The position numbers and the translations under genes are program-made. 64,000 nucleotides of DNA from Candidatus Moraniibacteriota bacterium (GTDB taxonomy: Bacteria > Patescibacteriota > Minisyncoccia > Moranbacterales > UBA2206). How positions within the stretch are numbered: position 1 is the first letter of the stretch; every line of letters starts with the position of its first letter. The notes under the pieces were generated by a model. It saw only the letters and a program-made list of their open reading frames with translations, was not told the DNA's origin and searched no databases. The DNA lies in the NCBI GenBank assembly GCA_963775955.1, contig CAVZKT010000003.1:14805-78804 (forward strand), in the 5' to 3' direction. This document shows positions 37,197 through 45,915 of this stretch, piece by piece.

Positions 37197-38144
37197 ATGA
37201 CAGCTAAAAATAAAATTATAATTTTAATAATTGGAGCAAGGGGATGCTTGGACAGGAGCTGGTTAATATTTTCCAAAAAGACAAGGATTATAAGATTTTT
37301 GCGTGGGATAAAGATGAGATGGATATCACTAATCAAAAACAAATTGATAAAAAGGTTTTGGAATTGAAACCGAAAATTATCATAAATTCTGCGGCTTATA
37401 ACGCCGTGGATAAATGCGAGAAGACAAAAAAGAATTAAATGGCCAAAAAAATAAACGGCCTCGCGCCCGGATATCTGGCGAAAATTGCCAAAAAGATCGG
37501 CGCGACTCTGGTGCATTATTCCAGCGACTATATTTTTAACGGCGAACCGGAAATAGAGTTAGAACCAAAGGGCTGTACGCATTCGTGTATGTCTTGTGAA
37601 TTACATCAGAATTTTATTCCCATAATAGGTTTTAATGAAAAGGCAAACCCAAGCCAATTTCCAATTATGGAAAATCAAAATTTTTGGGTGAGAAGGAAAT
37701 TCAAAAAGTAAAAGGTAAAAATTATATCATCAGACTTTCAAAATTGTTTGGAAAGCCGGCTAAAATAAAAGGCGCTAAAAGAAGTTTTTTTGATATAATG
37801 TTGGAAATTGGGAGAAAAAATAAAGAAGTCCGCGTTATTGATGAAGAAACCAGCTGTTTTACTTACGCTCCAGATTTGGCCAAAAAAACCAAGGAAATTA
37901 TCGAATCCAAAAAACCGTTTGGAATTTACCACATTACTAACAGTGACCCTTGCACTTGGTATGAAGCGGTTGTAGAATTATATCATCAGGCGAAAATTAA
38001 GACTGAAATTATACCGGTAGGCTCGGAGGAATTTCCCCGGCCGGCCAAGAGGCCATATATATTCAATTCTAATCAATACTAAACTCAATCCGCTTACGAA
38101 GCTATAAAGAAGCGCTAAAAGAATATTTAAAAAAGCATGACTAA
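37197..38144 (+). pseudogene. rfbD: dTDP-4-dehydrorhamnose reductase, about 4 frameshifts plus an in-frame TAA
   Basis: Pieces across frames: IIGARG / MLGQELV, SAAYNAVDKCE, TAA at 37436-37438 in frame with the following MAKKINGLAPGYLAKIA, HYSSDYIF, NYGKSKFLGE, FGIYHITN, RPAKRP, YSILINTKLNP, LRSYKEALKEYLKK. The end overlaps the rfbA start. Confidence 0.8.
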
Positions 38145-38937
38145 GGGCATTATATTTTCTGGTGGAACGGCCACGCGGCTTTTTCCTCTCACCGCCACGA
38201 CTTCCAAGCAACTGCTTCCGGTTTATGACCGGCAGATGATTTTTTATCCGCTCAATACCCTGATCAAAGCCGGCATCAAGGATATTTTAGTGATCGTGGC
38301 GCCGGACCACAGCGGACAATATCTAAATCTCCTTGGATCAATTTTCAAAAATCACGGGGTCCATCTTTATTTTGAAGTGCAAAAACTTCCCAAAGGACTG
38401 CCTGAAGCGTTCGTTTTGGGAGAAAGTTTTATCGACGAAGATAATGTGGCAATGGTTCTTGGCGACAATATTTTCGAAGATGATTTTTCAGAGGCGATAA
38501 AAAATTTCAAATCCGGCGGTCACATTTTTGCCACCAAGGTTACCGATCCGGAAAGATCAGGGGTGGTTAAATTTGATGAAAAAGGAAAAGTGGAGAAAAT
38601 TATTGAAAAACCGAAAGAATGGATAAGCGATTATGCCATCACTGGTCTCTATCTTTATGACAAAAGAGTTGTTGAAGCCGCTAAAAATCTGAAACCGTCT
38701 GCGCGGGGGGAAGTGGAAATTACCGATTTACACAAATATTATTTAAGCCTGGGTGAATTAGAAGTAACTACTTTTGAAGGCAAATGGATGGATGCTGGTA
38801 CGATTGATTCACTGCTGGAAGCCGGAAATATCGTCAAAGAAAAACAATTGTATAAAAATTTCGATCCACTGATTGACAGCGCCATCGCTGAATTTAATGA
38901 AGAGTTAAAGGCGATTGCCAAAAAAAGATTATTATAA
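38137..38937 (+). CDS. rfbA: Glucose-1-phosphate thymidylyltransferase (short form)
   Basis: Motifs KGIIFSGGTATRLFPLTATTSKQLLPVYDRQMIFYPL, VLGDNIF, GVVKFD. Confidence 0.85.
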   Translation: MTKGIIFSGGTATRLFPLTATTSKQLLPVYDRQMIFYPLNTLIKAGIKDILVIVAPDHSGQYLNLLGSIFKNHGVHLYFEVQKLPKGLPEAFVLGESFIDEDNVAMVLGDNIFEDDFSEAIKNFKSGGHIFATKVTDPERSGVVKFDEKGKVEKIIEKPKEWISDYAITGLYLYDKRVVEAAKNLKPSARGEVEITDLHKYYLSLGELEVTTFEGKWMDAGTIDSLLEAGNIVKEKQLYKNFDPLIDSAIAEFNEELKAIAKKRLL

Positions 38938-38946
38938 AAAAAATAT

Positions 38947-39813
38947 ATGCGTATAAAAAAGGCCATTTTGCCTGTGGCTGGATTTGGCACCAGATTCCTG
39001 CCAGCAACAAAATCCCAGCCTAAAGAGATGCTTCCGGTTGTAGACAAACCGGTTATCCAATATCTCGTGGAAGAAGCAGTCGCATCCGGCATTGAAGAGA
39101 TAATTTTTGTAACTGGACGCGGCAAAAGAGCTATTGAAGATCATTTTGACGTCTCTTATGAGCTGGAAGAAACTTTGGTGGAAAAAAATAGGCACGATCT
39201 TTTAAAAGAAGTGCAAAAAATTCCCGGGCTGGCCAAATTTTCATACGTTCGCCAGCCCATGCCCCTTGGAGACGGGCATGCTATCTTGCAAGCAAAACAT
39301 CTCATTGGAAACGAACCGGTTTTGATAATTTTTGGTGATTGCATATATGACAGTAAAGTCCCGGCAGCAAGACAGCTAATTGATGTGTACGAAAAATATG
39401 GCGATTCAGTCATTGGCATGAGCCAGGTTGCCAGGGACGAAGTCTCAAAATTCGGAGTCCTTGAGGGCATCAATCTGGGAGACGGCGTTTACGAAATTAA
39501 GGGAATCACAGAAAAGCCAACACCAGGAGAAGCTAAATCAAATTTAGTTGCCGTCGGAAAATATGTGATAACGCCTGAAGTAATGGAAACCCTGGCAACC
39601 ATGAAAAGCGGAAAATCGGGTGAAATTCGCCTGGCCGACGCTTTTAATATAATGCTTGAAAATAATCGGCCATTGTATGGAAAAGAGCTGGAAGGCGAGT
39701 GGTTGGATACTGGAGATAAATTTAACTTTATAAAAGCCACTATAAAAATAGGGCTTAAGCATCCGGAAGTGGGCGAGAATTTAAAAAAATTTCTTAAAGA
39801 ACTGAATAAATGA
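38947..39813 (+). CDS. galU: UTP--glucose-1-phosphate uridylyltransferase
   Basis: Motifs KAILPVAGFGTRFLPATKSQPKEMLPVVDKPVIQYLVEEA, GRGKRAIEDHFD, VRQPMPLGDGHAI. Confidence 0.9.
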   Translation: MRIKKAILPVAGFGTRFLPATKSQPKEMLPVVDKPVIQYLVEEAVASGIEEIIFVTGRGKRAIEDHFDVSYELEETLVEKNRHDLLKEVQKIPGLAKFSYVRQPMPLGDGHAILQAKHLIGNEPVLIIFGDCIYDSKVPAARQLIDVYEKYGDSVIGMSQVARDEVSKFGVLEGINLGDGVYEIKGITEKPTPGEAKSNLVAVGKYVITPEVMETLATMKSGKSGEIRLADAFNIMLENNRPLYGKELEGEWLDTGDKFNFIKATIKIGLKHPEVGENLKKFLKELNK

Positions 39814-39914
39814 ACCCCGTTAGAGTTTTAATATAAGTAATGGGGGATTATATAATAATATTTTTTAAGTTTTCGCTATTGGTAGAGTTCAATGGCGCAA
39901 AACTCTAACGGGGT
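39814..39914 (+). repeat. Long-range inverted-repeat element, copy 3
   Basis: ACCCCGTTAGAGTTTT (39814-39829) / AAAACTCTAACGGGGT (39899-39914). The arms are 16/16 identical to copy 2 while the interior differs. Confidence 0.9.
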
Positions 39915-41034
39915 GAAAATTGCGATTCAAGCGGCGGATTTGGACCATGACAGAATAGACGGCACCCGGGTTTATATTTTAAATTGTCTGAAATATTTCG
40001 GCGAACTGGATCCGGCCAGTGAATTTTTGATTTACCACAAAAAGGAATTCAATCCCGAATTGGCGCCGCCCAATTTTTCGAATTATAAAATTAAAAAAAT
40101 TTACGCCCCGCTTTTTTGGACGCAGACCAGATTTGCCTGGGAAATCAGGAAAGACAAGCCGGATATATTATGGATGCCGATGCACAACGCGCCGCTGCTT
40201 TGCCCGAAAAAAATAAAAACAATCGTGACTATCCACGATCTGGCGTTCAAATATTTTCCCGAACATTTTCCTAAAAAGGATTTACTGAAAATCAACCTGC
40301 TCACCCGCCTTGCCATCAGGAATGCCGACGGCATAATTGCGATTTCCGAATCTTCCAAAAAAGACATTCTTAAATTTTATCCCGGGACGCGAGCCGAAAA
40401 AATCAAAGTTATTTACCATGGATTTGATTCGGAGGTTTATGAACAAGAGCGAGATTTGGCCAAAGAAAAGGAGATTAAGGAAAGACTGGGAATACGGGGT
40501 GATTATTTGCTTTATATTGGGGCAATTCAGCCGCGCAAAAACCTGGAGGTTTTTATCGAAGCCTTTAATTTAATTAGAACCAGACAAAAAAGCAATTTAA
40601 GCCTGGTTTTTGTTGGAGAAAAAGCCTGGTTGAGCAAAAATACCCTAAAAAAAGCTACTTTTAGCCCCTTTAGTCAGGACATTAAGATGCCCGGAAGGGT
40701 CAAATTTTGCGATTTGGGACATCTTTGCCGGGGAGCCAGAATATTCGTCTTCCCGTCTCTTTATGAGGGTTTTGGCATACCACCATTGGAAGCTATGGCG
40801 GCGAAAGTCCCGGTAATTCTGGCCAATAATTCCAGTCCTCCCGGAAGTGGGCGGCGAGCGCTGCGCTATATTTTGAAGTCCGGCAAAACCCGAAGGATTT
40901 GGCGCAAAAAATTGAAATAAGTTTTGGGAAACGAAAATTTGCGCGCCGCGATGATTGCTAGAGGCTTAGAGCAAATTAAAAAATTTTCCTGGGAAAAATG
41001 CGCCCGGGAAACACTGGACTATTTAAAGAAGTAA
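39913..41034 (+). CDS. GT4 (group 1) glycosyltransferase, three clustered frameshifts near the 3' end
   Basis: GTG 39913 gives (M)KIAIQAADL. Motifs IGAIQPRKN, PSLYEGFGIPPLEAMAAKVPVILANNSS. The reading then passes through LPEVGGE / AALYFEVRQNPKDLAQKIEI / VLGNENLRAAMIARGLEQIKKFSWEKCARETLDYLKK in three successive frames (about 40845-40925). Confidence 0.8.
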
Positions 41035-41136
41035 CCCCGTTAGAAAAATGACTAAGCCCGCAACCGCATTGTGAATATTTTTGTTTTTTGTAATTATAGT
41101 TTCCTATAAATTATTTTGTCATTTTCTAACGGGGTT
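41033..41136. repeat. Long-range inverted-repeat element, copy 4
   Basis: AACCCCGTTAGAAAAATGAC (41033-41052) / GTCATTTTCTAACGGGGTT (41118-41136), with one bulge. Lies between convergent genes. Confidence 0.85.
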
Positions 41137-41548
41137 AACTATTCTTGTCCGGCAAAGCGAAAGTTTTATAGAAAAATAAAATGATGGCAAAAACTGCCAG
41201 CGAGAAAATGGCGGTTTCGATAAGTCCCAGGCTGCGCAGGGAATTGATAATTAAAAGAAGCGATATTGAAAGCAAAAGAAGCATCGTTTTATTTTTGAAA
41301 ATATTTTTTTCGCTATACGTTTCAAAATTAATATCATTTTTTCTCCCAAACCAGACAATCAAAAATAAAATAGCAAAAAGAACCAGAATTATTTTAGTAA
41401 AACTAAGATGGGCTGAAAAAAATCCGGGCACCAGGCTTTCCAGGACAAGCAGTCCGGCAAATACAAAAATCCACAAAAACAGGATGTCGTTTAGTAATTT
41501 ATACAGCAATAACTTCAGTTGTTTTTTATTATTAGGTTGCATAACCAT
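41135..41548 (-). CDS. Small 4-TM membrane protein, unknown function
   Basis: 137-aa hydrophobic ORF, coupled to the upstream gene by overlap. Confidence 0.55.
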   Translation of the reverse strand: MVMQPNNKKQLKLLLYKLLNDILFLWIFVFAGLLVLESLVPGFFSAHLSFTKIILVLFAILFLIVWFGRKNDINFETYSEKNIFKNKTMLLLLSISLLLIINSLRSLGLIETAIFSLAVFAIILFFYKTFALPDKNS

Positions 41549-42836
41549 AATTAACTAAAAGTCTGCGTTTTATTTCCGAAAGAATATCGCGCATATTTTC
41601 CCAATTTAAATTCCGGTAAAATTTTACATTAGCCTCGGCTAATAAAACTCCGCTGGATTTTTTCATTTCAAACTGATAATTATTCCCGGAAAATTGTTTG
41701 ATATTTTTGAGCGCTATGGCGCACTGGTATGAACGAAGTGGCCAGATTTTTTTGGCAAGATTGCAGGAACCCCCAAAATCCAGGCTTTTTTCCTGCACTT
41801 CAATCAGGCTTCTTTTGAGATAGCTTTTGAGAATTTCCACACCCCTGATTTCAAATTTTTGTCCGCCGCTTACCAAATAATATTTCCCAATATCTGAGGC
41901 AAAAAAAATTGTTCCATCCGGGTGGGGCCGGTCAAATGAAAAAATCTTGTCGCGTTCGTAAAGGCCGATTTCCTCTTCGCTGACCGGCAAAACATCCTCC
42001 CATTTGTAGCCAAAAGATAAAAAGGTCACTGGATTATTAAAAGGTACGACTTTTCCGGAAACCACCGCAAAGACTCCAATATCAAAAGAAAGCAGGGATC
42101 CGTCGGCAAAACCAGTGGCCTCCTCGCTTATTGTGTAATTTTTGCTGAAATTTTCGTCTTTTCCCAGTGCCTGATTTTTTTCGTAACGGGATAGATACGC
42201 CTTTTCACTGATAAATGGAATGAGTATTTGGTTTTTCATTTGATAGTATGTCTCGCCGATTAAAAATAGTGTTCCGTCGGGAAAAAGTTTCGCATCTGAA
42301 ACATCGGCATCCCTTTCACTGAAACTTAACTCTTCTGCGGCGGCTTCCTGAAAAGCATTCTCCGGGTAGCTCATTGCCAGCGCCAATGCCAATGACTGGA
42401 ATTTGCGCAGTTTTCCGGCGGAAATAATATAATATTGCCCGCTATTTTTCACCAGACTGCCTTCCGGAAAACCTGCCGGCACCGGGGCAGTCGGATAGGT
42501 GAAAGCTTGGTAGGTTTTTCTGATTTTAACTTCATCGCCCGCAATTGTGGAAGATTTTTCATTCAAAGCAACTTGGATTTTTGTGTCGGAAAAGTTTTCT
42601 GCGGAATAAGCGTTAAAAATAACTTTGCCTGACCGGGTATCGTCCACGCCCAAAGTATTTTCCTTGGCGCCTAAATTGGATAAATTTATAAAATAATCCT
42701 GAATAGGGAAAAAAATGCGGTAAAAAAAATAAATTACCGCGGCCATAAATACCAGCGACAAAATAAGGCGGGCAAAAAGGTAGCGTTTTTGCCAAGGTGT
42801 TTCCAGCGCGACATTTTTTGTCAGGTCAAATTTCAT
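41532..42836 (-). CDS. Membrane-anchored protein with four internal repeats, unknown function
   Basis: N-terminal TM. The motif [PA][DE]G[ST][LI]...Y[YL]...G...F recurs four times: PEGSLVKNSGQYYIISAGKLRKF, PDGTLFLIGETYYQMKNQILIPF, ADGSLLSFDIGVFAVVSGKVVPF, PDGTIFFASDIGKYYLVSGGQKFEI. Confidence 0.6.
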   Translation of the reverse strand: MKFDLTKNVALETPWQKRYLFARLILSLVFMAAVIYFFYRIFFPIQDYFINLSNLGAKENTLGVDDTRSGKVIFNAYSAENFSDTKIQVALNEKSSTIAGDEVKIRKTYQAFTYPTAPVPAGFPEGSLVKNSGQYYIISAGKLRKFQSLALALAMSYPENAFQEAAAEELSFSERDADVSDAKLFPDGTLFLIGETYYQMKNQILIPFISEKAYLSRYEKNQALGKDENFSKNYTISEEATGFADGSLLSFDIGVFAVVSGKVVPFNNPVTFLSFGYKWEDVLPVSEEEIGLYERDKIFSFDRPHPDGTIFFASDIGKYYLVSGGQKFEIRGVEILKSYLKRSLIEVQEKSLDFGGSCNLAKKIWPLRSYQCAIALKNIKQFSGNNYQFEMKKSSGVLLAEANVKFYRNLNWENMRDILSEIKRRLLVNYGYAT

Positions 42837-44599
42837 TTTTTTAGCAGATATAATTTTCCGGAAACTGTGATTCTTTGTTCGGATGGGAGAATTACTCGCG
42901 AATGAAAGGCCAGATTCTTATTAAAAATATTCGACTGCAGAAAATTATTTTCCAGCGTATAACTTTTCACCGGTTCCATTCGCTCAAGCAGCCCGCTTTT
43001 TTCATAAAAACCCAGTCGGTTGTCAGGAATGATAAAGTAGATTTCCGGGTAGTTATGGATGCTTAATTTATCCAAATCAGCGGGGTTCAAAAAATAAACC
43101 GCTTGTTTTCCAAAAACATATTGGAGTGGTCCGGCCATCATTGACCAGCCGTCGCCTGAAGCTTGCTGATCAACTAAAATCAAATCAGAATTTGAAAAAT
43201 TCGGAAGCATTTGGGCTACTCCGGATAAAAGCTTTTGATGGGGGATTACCGGCAGGAAGCGGACCATTAAAAAAAGATTGAGCGCCAGCATCGCGCCGGA
43301 AAACGCGTAAAAAAACGCCCGTTTTTTAAAAAAACCGTCAAGAAGCAGGGTAGTATAAAACACGCCAGCCGGAATGATGGAGAAGGCAAACCGGCGGAGC
43401 ATCCAGGGGTGGTCGGCGGAAATGTTTGGGAAAATCAAATAGATAAAACTTGGCAAGATAATTAAGAAAGGAATGGCCGCTTCTTTGTTTTTTTTCAAGA
43501 TATAAAGCAAGCCGGCAAAGCCAAAAAGCAAAAAATTCAGAAGATAATAGGCGAAAAGAACTTTGCCGGCATAGAGAGCGGAATTCCAAAGACTGTTTCC
43601 AATATCGGCAGCGCTTGAATAGCCGGAAAAGGGTTTTATCGCTCCCTTGATTAGCGCGATGAAAAACTGGCTGTCAATCGCAATAAAAATGGCATAAATC
43701 GCCGCTATGCCGGCAAGAGTCCAAAGAATTTTCCGGCCAACCAAAATTCGAAATTTTTCTCCTATCCATCGCGCCCTGAAAAACAAAAAAATAATCATCA
43801 CTGCCAGAAACGCCAGCGCTTCAACGCGGGCAAAAGCTAGAAGCCCGAATGCTAAAAAAGATAACAGGAGATAATATCTTTTTTCTTCGCGGAAATATTG
43901 GACGAAAAAAAGTATGCCCAGCCACACCAGCGCGAGCGCCATATTTTCACTCAGCGTAAATTTAGAAAACCAAAAAACCGGAAAAGCGGTAATAATCAGA
44001 AACAATCCGAAAAAAGCGGAAGACGGACGGAGATAAATCCGCGCCAGAAAATAAAATGCCAGGGCGAAAAGAAGCAGTAAAATCCCGTTAGCAAAGGCGA
44101 AGCCGGCCAGGCCGAAAAATGAATAGAAAACCGCCAGCCAGGAAATATAACCGAGCGGAAATTGGGTGACAAGCTGCCCGTCGGAAGCGTAGTTGAATCC
44201 GGGGAAATTAAGGGCCTGGCCTTCTCCATAAATCCGGAAAAATTCCTGCTCGGCCGGAAAAGAAAATTTAAGACCGTGGTTTTGCGCGAGGCTGATGGCC
44301 GCGCCGCTCAAAGACCCCTGGTCGCGCCCGGAAAAAATTGTTGGCGTCGAGAAAATTAAAAAAATAATAATCAGCGAAACTGAAAAAATCAAAACATACA
44401 GAAAATGCCGGTTTATTTTTTTGATTTCCTCCCAGTTGAAAAAAAACAAAAAGGTCAGCGCGGCCAGTCCCAGCAAAAAATAAGCTTCCAAAAAAGCCTT
44501 GTAAAAAGCCCCGATGAGCGTAAGGGTAAGGCCGAGCCAGCCCAAGCCGATCCAAAAAATAGCAAAGGCGGCGAATAATTGAGATTTAGAAAGTTTCAT
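42833..44599 (-). CDS. Putative GT-C fold membrane glycosyltransferase (ArnT/PMT-like)
   Basis: About 12 TM helices and a first extracytoplasmic loop (FSGRDQGSLSGAAISLAQ), followed by a C-terminal soluble domain. The assignment is by architecture only. Confidence 0.5.
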   Translation of the reverse strand: MKLSKSQLFAAFAIFWIGLGWLGLTLTLIGAFYKAFLEAYFLLGLAALTFLFFFNWEEIKKINRHFLYVLIFSVSLIIIFLIFSTPTIFSGRDQGSLSGAAISLAQNHGLKFSFPAEQEFFRIYGEGQALNFPGFNYASDGQLVTQFPLGYISWLAVFYSFFGLAGFAFANGILLLLFALAFYFLARIYLRPSSAFFGLFLIITAFPVFWFSKFTLSENMALALVWLGILFFVQYFREEKRYYLLLSFLAFGLLAFARVEALAFLAVMIIFLFFRARWIGEKFRILVGRKILWTLAGIAAIYAIFIAIDSQFFIALIKGAIKPFSGYSSAADIGNSLWNSALYAGKVLFAYYLLNFLLFGFAGLLYILKKNKEAAIPFLIILPSFIYLIFPNISADHPWMLRRFAFSIIPAGVFYTTLLLDGFFKKRAFFYAFSGAMLALNLFLMVRFLPVIPHQKLLSGVAQMLPNFSNSDLILVDQQASGDGWSMMAGPLQYVFGKQAVYFLNPADLDKLSIHNYPEIYFIIPDNRLGFYEKSGLLERMEPVKSYTLENNFLQSNIFNKNLAFHSRVILPSEQRITVSGKLYLLKK

Positions 44600-44639
44600 G
44601 TGACAAGTGTTTTCTGTATTATACCGTTAAAATAATTTT

Positions 44640-44668
44640 TTGCCAAACGGTCTTTATTAAAGTAGAAT
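44640..44668 (+). promoter_or_regulatory. Sigma70-like promoter
   Basis: TTGCCA (44640-44645), 17-nt spacer, TAGAAT (44663-44668). Confidence 0.6.
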
Positions 44669-44736
44669 ATGATTATAAAGCACATGGCATAAGGCACATA
44701 CCAGGCTCGTGTTTTATGTTTTATGTTTCATGTTTC

Positions 44737-45915
44737 ATGAGGATTTTGGTTATTGCTCCCACGCCTTTTTTTTCCGACCGAGGCGCTCACATTAGAATTT
44801 TGGAAGAATCATTGGCGCTGGAAAGGCTGGGACATGTTATTTCAATTGCCACTTACCATATCGGGAAGGATATTCAAAGTGATGTTGATACGAGAATTGA
44901 CGTCAGAAGAATCAGGCGTCTGCTTTTTTGGTATAAAAAACTGGAAGCCGGTCCGGACTGGCAGAAAATACTCTTGGATATCATGCTTATCCGCAAGGCT
45001 TTCAACCTGGCGCGCACGCAAAAACCGGATATCATCCATGCGCATTTGCACGAAGGTGTTTTAATTGGCTGGATTGTTCAAAAGGCACTTTTTTGGCGGA
45101 AAATGAAGCTGGTGGCCGATTTTCAAGGAAGCCTGACTGGAGAAATGCTTTCTCATGGCTATTTAAAAAACGGGCTCAATGGAATATTTTTATTGATTGA
45201 AAAGTTTATCGACCGTCTAGGAAATTGGACTATTGTCAGTTCCTGGGAAGGCGCGGTAAATATAAAAAAATTGAGCAAAAAAAAAGAAGTCGACGTTGTT
45301 TTAGATGGAATTAATCTTAATAGTTTTAATATTGCAAAAACCAAAGATGAAATTCGAGCAGAATTAGATTTGCCAAAAGATAAGTTCATTATTATTTACA
45401 CCGGCGGATTGGTTGCCAACAAGGGCATCAACTACCTTCTGGACGCGATTATTCCGGTTCTAAAAAGAAGGCCGGACGTTTTTTTTCTAATTGGCGGATT
45501 TCCGCCGCACGGAACGCAGGATTTTATTTTGGCGAATAAATTGGAAGAATCGGTGAAATTAGTCAGTCCACTTAATTACTTTAAGTTGCCAGAGTTTCTT
45601 TTAGCCAGCGACATCGCAATTGACCCCAAAAATACCGAAGCTATGCAGGCCAGTGGAAAAATGTTAAATTATATGGCAGCCGGATTGCCGGTTGTCTGTG
45701 TGGACAAAAAAAATAACCGAAAATACCTGGGTGATGGCGCTTATTTCTGCCGAGAGCTTTCTGCTAAAAATATTGCCGAGGGAATTTTATTTTTTGTAAA
45801 TCGCCCGTATGAGGTCAAAGAGAAAGGCGATGCTAATAGGCGAAAAGCCAACGAATTCAGCTGGGATAAGCCGGCTATAATAATTGATAATATTTATAAA
45901 AGATTAACTAAGTGA
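44737..45915 (+). CDS. GT4 (group 1) glycosyltransferase
   Basis: Starts MRILVIAPTPFFSDRGAHIRILEE, with TGGLVANKGINYLLDA further on. ATG 44737 is in frame with track start 44716. Confidence 0.85.
   Translation: MRILVIAPTPFFSDRGAHIRILEESLALERLGHVISIATYHIGKDIQSDVDTRIDVRRIRRLLFWYKKLEAGPDWQKILLDIMLIRKAFNLARTQKPDIIHAHLHEGVLIGWIVQKALFWRKMKLVADFQGSLTGEMLSHGYLKNGLNGIFLLIEKFIDRLGNWTIVSSWEGAVNIKKLSKKKEVDVVLDGINLNSFNIAKTKDEIRAELDLPKDKFIIIYTGGLVANKGINYLLDAIIPVLKRRPDVFFLIGGFPPHGTQDFILANKLEESVKLVSPLNYFKLPEFLLASDIAIDPKNTEAMQASGKMLNYMAAGLPVVCVDKKNNRKYLGDGAYFCRELSAKNIAEGILFFVNRPYEVKEKGDANRRKANEFSWDKPAIIIDNIYKRLTK

Noticed and set aside
10463-39914. Inverted-repeat elements read as invertible promoter switches (phase-variable glycan expression, as in Bacteroides capsule loci)
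   Set aside because: The segment between the repeats is only 69-83 bp, very short for recombinase-mediated inversion. No recombinase gene is nearby. In copy 1 the promoter sits outside the repeats. This is not fully excluded; read-level inversions would be the test.
10463-41136. Inverted-repeat elements read as integron attC sites / gene cassettes
   Set aside because: The arms contain GTTAGAG...CTCTAAC. This is the reverse order of the attC R''(RYYYAAC)...R'(GTTRRRY) layout on either strand, and the terminal bases do not fit the R/Y consensus. No integrase or attI is present in the window. The flanking genes are a syntenic glycan pathway rather than promoterless cassettes.
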